From assembly GCA_041175045.1 (NCBI GenBank), contig JBEDFR010000123.1, forward strand, positions 1 to 60,119: DNA of 60,119 nt, written 5' to 3'. The position numbers and the translations under genes were made by a program. Below are positions 56,278 to 60,119 of this stretch, piece after piece (positions within the stretch are counted from its first letter, which is position 1; each line of letters opens with the position of its first letter). Under the pieces are notes generated by a model. The model was not told the origin of the DNA. It ran no database searches and saw nothing but the letters and a program-made list of their open reading frames with translations. Origin of the DNA: Pseudomonadota bacterium (lineage in GTDB: Bacteria; Pseudomonadota; Gammaproteobacteria; Pseudomonadales; Pseudohongiellaceae).

Positions 56278-56297
56278 GTGTGTACATTCAGTGTGTA
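56278..56297 (-). promoter_or_regulatory. direct GTGTGTA repeats / TGTACA palindrome just upstream of vapB (candidate operator)
   Basis: Plus strand gtgtgtacattcagtgtgtatgg: GTGTGTA at 56278-56284 and 56291-56297 (13-bp period), 14-33 nt upstream of the vapB ATG. Confidence 0.3.
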
Positions 56298-56457
56298 TGG
56301 TAGTGCCCGGCAGCACCCAAGGCAAAGCGCTTTCGCAATTTCCAGCAGTCGGGCTACCATCGGGTCAGTACACCCCTCGCCTTCCGCTCGGCGGCAGGAC
56401 GGGTCAGGTGCGTACCGGAGCCCACATGGACAAGTTGGACCGCATGCAACAGCTGCA

Positions 56458-56748
56458 TCAGCTGTTCACCTCCACCAGAGTCTTCCCCACGCCTCCACCG
56501 CCCGAGATGGACGACACCACGCTGGTCGTCACCGTCTTGTAACCCGGCTTGCTGGCGGTCACCACGAAGCCCGGGCGGCGCTTCACTTCCAGCGCACACG
56601 GCGTCTGGCAGGCCAGGCCGTTGGACAGGCGGATGTCGACACCCGTGGGTTCAGAGGTGATGGTGAAGGCCTGGGTGGTGCCACGCGTGATGGTGGCGCA
56701 ATTGCTGAGGGAAAGGCCGAGGGTCAGAAGGGCAATGGCAGTTTTCAT
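56458..56748 (-). CDS. small lipoprotein (hypothetical), possibly 3'-truncated
   Basis: GGAG, 7 nt spacer, ATG 56748. MKTAIALLTLGLSLSNC lipobox, then ATITRGTTQAFTITSEPTGVDIRLSNGLACQTPCALEVKRRPGFVVTASKPGYKT.... Ends right after a Gly run (SGGGGVGKTLVEVNS). Confidence 0.6.
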   Translation of the reverse strand: MKTAIALLTLGLSLSNCATITRGTTQAFTITSEPTGVDIRLSNGLACQTPCALEVKRRPGFVVTASKPGYKTVTTSVVSSISGGGGVGKTLVEVNS

Positions 56749-56856
56749 CAAAGGTCTCCGTGAGAGTGGACGTAGTCAGTGACGCCACTCTTTCACGGCT
56801 ACCCGGACAAAGGCCGTGCTGGCCTTGCATACAGTGCTCAAGCGGGATCGAGCCCC

Positions 56857-58308
56857 CTACTCCAGACTCTCCCTCGCCTCCAGCCGCTTCTCCCAGTATT
56901 CGGCATCCTTGATGCCGAGTGTGTGCGGGTTGAACACCGGGTCCACCCCCAGCGCCTTTTGCGCTTCGTAGTCGGTCAAGCACTGCAGGGCAGGCTTCTG
57001 CAGCAGCAGGATGGCGGCGATGTTGAGCCAGGCCATCAGCCCCACGCCGATGTCGCCCAGACCCCAGGCCAGCTCGGCCGTGCGCAGGGTGCCGTAGACC
57101 ACGGCGCCGATCACCGCGAATTTCAGCACCACGCTCAGCCAGGGGCGAGCCACATAGCGGTTGATATAGCTGACGTTGGTCTCGGCGATGTAGTAATAGG
57201 CCAGCACCGTGGTGAAGGCGAAGAAGAACAAGGCCAGCGCCACGAAGATGTTGCCGAAGCCCGGCATCAGCGTCTCCATGGCCTGCTGCACATAGCCGGC
57301 GCCCGCGCCCACGCCGGCAATGCCCGTGTAGATCGCCGTGCCATCGGGCCCTTCCACGTTGTAGTGGCCCAGAATCAGCAGCATGAAGCCGGTGGCCGAG
57401 CAGATGAACAGCGTGTCCACATAGACGGAGAAGGCCTGCACCAGCCCCTGCTTGGCGGGATGGCTCACCGACGCGGCCGAGGACGCGTGGGGTGCCGTGC
57501 CCTGCCCGGCCTCGTTGGAATACACACCACGCCGCACGCCCCACATGATGGCCAGCCCCAGCAGGGCGCCGAAGGCTGAGTCGAAACCCAGCGCACTGCT
57601 GAAGATCAGCCACAGCATGGCGGGCACCTGGCTGATGTTGAGCAGGACGATGATCAGGGCCACACCGATATAGGCGATTGCCATGAAGGGCACAGCGGCC
57701 GAGGCGAAGCGCGCGATGCGCTTGAGTCCGCCAAAGATGATGAAGCCCACCAGCAGGGCCAGCGCCACGGCGGTGATGCGGGTGTCGATGCCGAAGGCGG
57801 TCTGCAGGCTGCCGGCAATGGCATTGGCCTGCACGCCGGGCAGCAGCAGTCCGCAGGAAATGATGGTCACGAAGGCGAACACCCAGGCATAGCGCTTCAT
57901 GCCCAGGCCCTTTTCGATGTAGAAGGCCGGCCCGCCGCGGTACTCGCCGTGGATCTTTTCCTTGTAGACCTGGCCGAGCGTGGATTCGACAAAGGCGGAA
58001 CTGGCCCCGAGGAAGGCCACTACCCACATCCAGAACAAGGCCCCCGGCCCGCCGAAGGTGATGGCGGTGGCGACGCCAGCGATATTGCCGGTGCCCACGC
58101 GGCCGGCCAGGGTCATGCTCAGTGCTTGAAAGGGGGAGATGCCGGTTTCCGATACCTTGCCCTGAAAGATCAGGCGGATCATCTCGCGGAAGTGGCGCAG
58201 TTGCAGGAAGCGGGTGCGCACGGAGAAGTACAGTCCCGCCCCCAGACACAGAAACACCAGGGCCGGGCTCCACACCACGGCATTCACAGCACTTACGAAT
58301 TCATTCAT
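56857..58308 (-). CDS. alanine/glycine:cation symporter (AGCS family)
   Basis: ATG at 58308. MNEFVSAVNAVVWSPALVFLCLGAGLYFS.RTRF.QLRHF...ISPFQALSMTLAGRVGTGNIAGVATAI..GGPGALFWMW is the AGCS signature. Confidence 0.9.
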   Translation of the reverse strand: MNEFVSAVNAVVWSPALVFLCLGAGLYFSVRTRFLQLRHFREMIRLIFQGKVSETGISPFQALSMTLAGRVGTGNIAGVATAITFGGPGALFWMWVVAFLGASSAFVESTLGQVYKEKIHGEYRGGPAFYIEKGLGMKRYAWVFAFVTIISCGLLLPGVQANAIAGSLQTAFGIDTRITAVALALLVGFIIFGGLKRIARFASAAVPFMAIAYIGVALIIVLLNISQVPAMLWLIFSSALGFDSAFGALLGLAIMWGVRRGVYSNEAGQGTAPHASSAASVSHPAKQGLVQAFSVYVDTLFICSATGFMLLILGHYNVEGPDGTAIYTGIAGVGAGAGYVQQAMETLMPGFGNIFVALALFFFAFTTVLAYYYIAETNVSYINRYVARPWLSVVLKFAVIGAVVYGTLRTAELAWGLGDIGVGLMAWLNIAAILLLQKPALQCLTDYEAQKALGVDPVFNPHTLGIKDAEYWEKRLEARESLE

Positions 58309-58379
58309 GGGACACATCCAGGCCAGGTCGCAAAGCCCGGAGAGTACCACAAGATGCGGGGGCAGCCAGCCAGCAGTCC

Positions 58380-59306
58380 CTAGTCCGCGCCTTCCAGCCG
58401 GAACAGCAACTGCTGGGCGTCCACCAGCAGGAAGCGCACATGGCGATAGGCCACGGCACCGTTGATGCGCAGCTCCGGCAGGGTCAGACGGCCCGTGGCG
58501 CTGTCGAAGCTGCCCATGTTGGCCACGCTCTGCTCCAGCGTGAACACCGAGGCGGCGTCCAGCTGGATCTCGATGGCCGGAGTCTCGCGCACCAGACGGA
58601 AAGCCCCCTGGATCAAGCCCAGCTCGCCGGCATTGATGCGCGCATGCAGGGTTGCCGTGGCCCCATCGAACACCACCGGGTAACCACTGGTGGTGCCGAG
58701 CACCCGCATGTTCAGGCTGACCAGGTGGCGGTTGAGCAGCGCACCACCGGTGTAGTTGATCAGCGGAAAGGGGTCGTAGCCAGCCAGCACGGTGACCGGC
58801 GGCAGCGCGCCGATCTTGTCCACGATCTGCATGCCTTTGCCCATGACGCGGCCGAACACGGCGTAACCGCCTTCAGTGGTGTTCAGGACGGGATTGTCCT
58901 GGAGATTGATGAACCACTGACTGGTGGCACTGTTCGGATCACCGGCCCGCTTGGCCATGGCCAGCGTGCCGCGGCGATTGGGAGCGGCGGACGTGAACTC
59001 GTTGAGGATGGGCGGTGTCGTGGCCAGGGGATAAAACGTTTGCTGTGCCTCATTGAAGCTCAGCCAGCCGCCCTGGATCACGAAGCCCGGCACCAGTCGA
59101 TGCACCACGGTGCCGTTGTAGGCGCCCTGGTTCAGGTAGGCCAGGAAGTTGGCGACCGTGACGGGCGCCGTGTCGTCCAGCAGTTCGATGTCGAAGTCGC
59201 CCAGTGCGGTGCTGACCCGAACGACGGTGCCGGCCAGCGCGCCAGGCGAGGACAGCAAGACGAGACAGAGCAGAACGCGCAGAGCAGTAAGAGTGAGTCC
59301 AGGCAT
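58380..59306 (-). CDS. secreted cyclophilin-type peptidyl-prolyl isomerase with ~115-aa uncharacterised C-terminal extension (paralogue 2)
   Basis: ATG at 59306. Signal peptide ...LLSSPGALA, then VRVSTALGDFDIELLDDTAPVTVANFLAYLNQGAYNGTVVHR...DPNSATSQWFINLQDN. The tail is alignable with that of the 26372..27334 protein. Confidence 0.8.
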   Translation of the reverse strand: MPGLTLTALRVLLCLVLLSSPGALAGTVVRVSTALGDFDIELLDDTAPVTVANFLAYLNQGAYNGTVVHRLVPGFVIQGGWLSFNEAQQTFYPLATTPPILNEFTSAAPNRRGTLAMAKRAGDPNSATSQWFINLQDNPVLNTTEGGYAVFGRVMGKGMQIVDKIGALPPVTVLAGYDPFPLINYTGGALLNRHLVSLNMRVLGTTSGYPVVFDGATATLHARINAGELGLIQGAFRLVRETPAIEIQLDAASVFTLEQSVANMGSFDSATGRLTLPELRINGAVAYRHVRFLLVDAQQLLFRLEGAD

Positions 59307-59434
59307 TGGCAGGTGTTCCCGAGAGTTTTGTCGAGCGCGCATTCTGCTGTTTTCGCCAGGCAAAGGAAACCGGGCGAGGGGCGAGTCCGCACAGTGCTAT
59401 TCTGCAGGCTCGGAATTTGCCCGGTAGCCTTGTC

Positions 59435-60119
59435 ATGACGTTCAGTGCTCTCGAACTGCTTCAGTTGCTGCTTTGTTTGCAGTCCATGCTGCTGGCCCTG
59501 CTGCTGCTTGCACACCGCTCTGTCTGGCCTCTCGCGGCCTTCATGGCCTCCCTGGCCTTGCACATGGGCTGGAATATTGCGACGGATCGCATCCCCGGTC
59601 TGTTCGATATTCGACCCGGTCTGGCGTTGCTCTACGGCCCGTTGCTGCTGGCACTGACGCAGCGACTGGCCTGGCGCGACGGCTCCGCGTGGAGCTGGCC
59701 AGGACTTGTCCCCGCGTGCCTGGCGCCAGCCCTTGTCCCGCTGCTGCCGGGCCTTGCGCAGCTGCTGTGGCCGATTGTCGCCCTCTGGACAGGGGCACAT
59801 CTGCTGCTCGCGTTTCACACGATTGCCCGCTATGAACGCATCCTGCGGGCGACGCACTCGGCGTACGAGCATCAAAGCCTGCGCTGGCTGCGCGACTGTC
59901 TGGCAGGCCTGACCACCGTTGCCATCAGCGATGCCTCGCGGCTGGTCCTGCAGCCGCATTTTCCGGGACTGGACAGCTGGCTGGCAGGCACGACCTATCT
60001 GCTGGCCTTGCTCGTCGTGCTCTACCTTGTCTGGCGTGGCTGGCAGCAGCATATGCGCTTCGGCGGGCTGGCACTGGACGAACAGACGCTGGTGGAAGGC
60101 GGCGACGCCGCGCAGCAGA
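59435..60119 (+). CDS. polytopic membrane protein, N-terminal part (runs off right edge; not in ORF track)
   Basis: Hand translation from ATG 59435: MTFSALELLQLLLCLQSMLLALLLLAHRSVWPLAAFMASLALHMGWNIATD...LLYGPLLLALTQRLAW...LLWPIVALWTGAHLLLAFHTIARYERIL...TYLLALLVVLYLVWRGWQQH.... Open for 228 codons to the window end. The pattern resembles membrane N-domains of some AraC-type regulators, but the C-terminus is not visible. Confidence 0.5.
   Translation, partial: MTFSALELLQLLLCLQSMLLALLLLAHRSVWPLAAFMASLALHMGWNIATDRIPGLFDIRPGLALLYGPLLLALTQRLAWRDGSAWSWPGLVPACLAPALVPLLPGLAQLLWPIVALWTGAHLLLAFHTIARYERILRATHSAYEHQSLRWLRDCLAGLTTVAISDASRLVLQPHFPGLDSWLAGTTYLLALLVVLYLVWRGWQQHMRFGGLALDEQTLVEGGDAAQQ

Noticed and set aside
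56810-56826. Short hairpin aaggcc-gtgct-ggcctt after the AGCS symporter gene as a terminator
   Set aside because: The stem is only 6 bp and there is no convincing U-tract on the transcribed (minus) strand. I left it uncalled.
56651-58273. 540-aa minus-strand ORF
   Set aside because: It is an alternative frame of the AGCS symporter gene. The product is Arg/Gly/His/Pro-rich, while the 56857..58308 frame gives a textbook AGCS transporter.
1-60119. CRISPR arrays, rRNA genes, IS elements/transposases, integrases, prophage genes
   Set aside because: Scanning both strands and the ORF translations showed no regularly spaced direct repeats, no rRNA-like conserved stretches, and no DDE/tyrosine/serine recombinase-like products.

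Overview
High-GC (about mid-60s % by eye) gammaproteobacterial chromosomal segment. Gene content and synteny resemble Pseudomonadales/Oceanospirillales-type genomes: a FabY-type ketoacyl synthase, a fimU-pilVWXY1-type minor-pilin operon, miaB-ybeZ-ybeY-corC, and a long minus-strand run MBL-...-proA-nadD-rsfS-rlmH-mrdA-rodA-rlpA-dac-ybeD-lipB-lipA. I call about 70 protein genes and one tRNA-Leu(UAG). I saw no rRNA, CRISPR array, transposase or integrase. All product calls rest on my own recognition of motifs in the translated ORFs, with no database search. Many start codons were re-placed by hand, because the ORF track translates TTG/GTG starts as M and extends ORFs upstream. Many long ORFs in the track are antisense or off-frame artefacts typical of high-GC DNA. 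The window is mostly core housekeeping, and I did not find a convincing complete novel multi-gene system. The best leads are: (1) a cytoplasmic VWA protein plus a membrane J-domain protein sitting behind a tRNA-Leu embedded in the same transcription unit; (2) two paralogous secreted cyclophilins with an uncharacterised C-terminal domain, each directly upstream of a Na+-coupled amino-acid transporter; (3) a ~0.65 kb low-GC islet after fadE with an orphan ORF and a decayed Phd/ParE-like ORF carrying two in-frame TGA codons; (4) orphan genes (GIY-YIG, a 99-aa ORF in the same frame behind a single TGA, and a coupled 73-aa membrane peptide) inserted upstream of proA; (5) two perfect palindromic elements sharing a GGGGTCAGAGAC core, one covering the dinB start and the other supplying the 3' end of a truncated DUF3817 gene next to vapBC; (6) a half-length FimU-like pseudopilin with a non-hydrophobic N-terminal helix.
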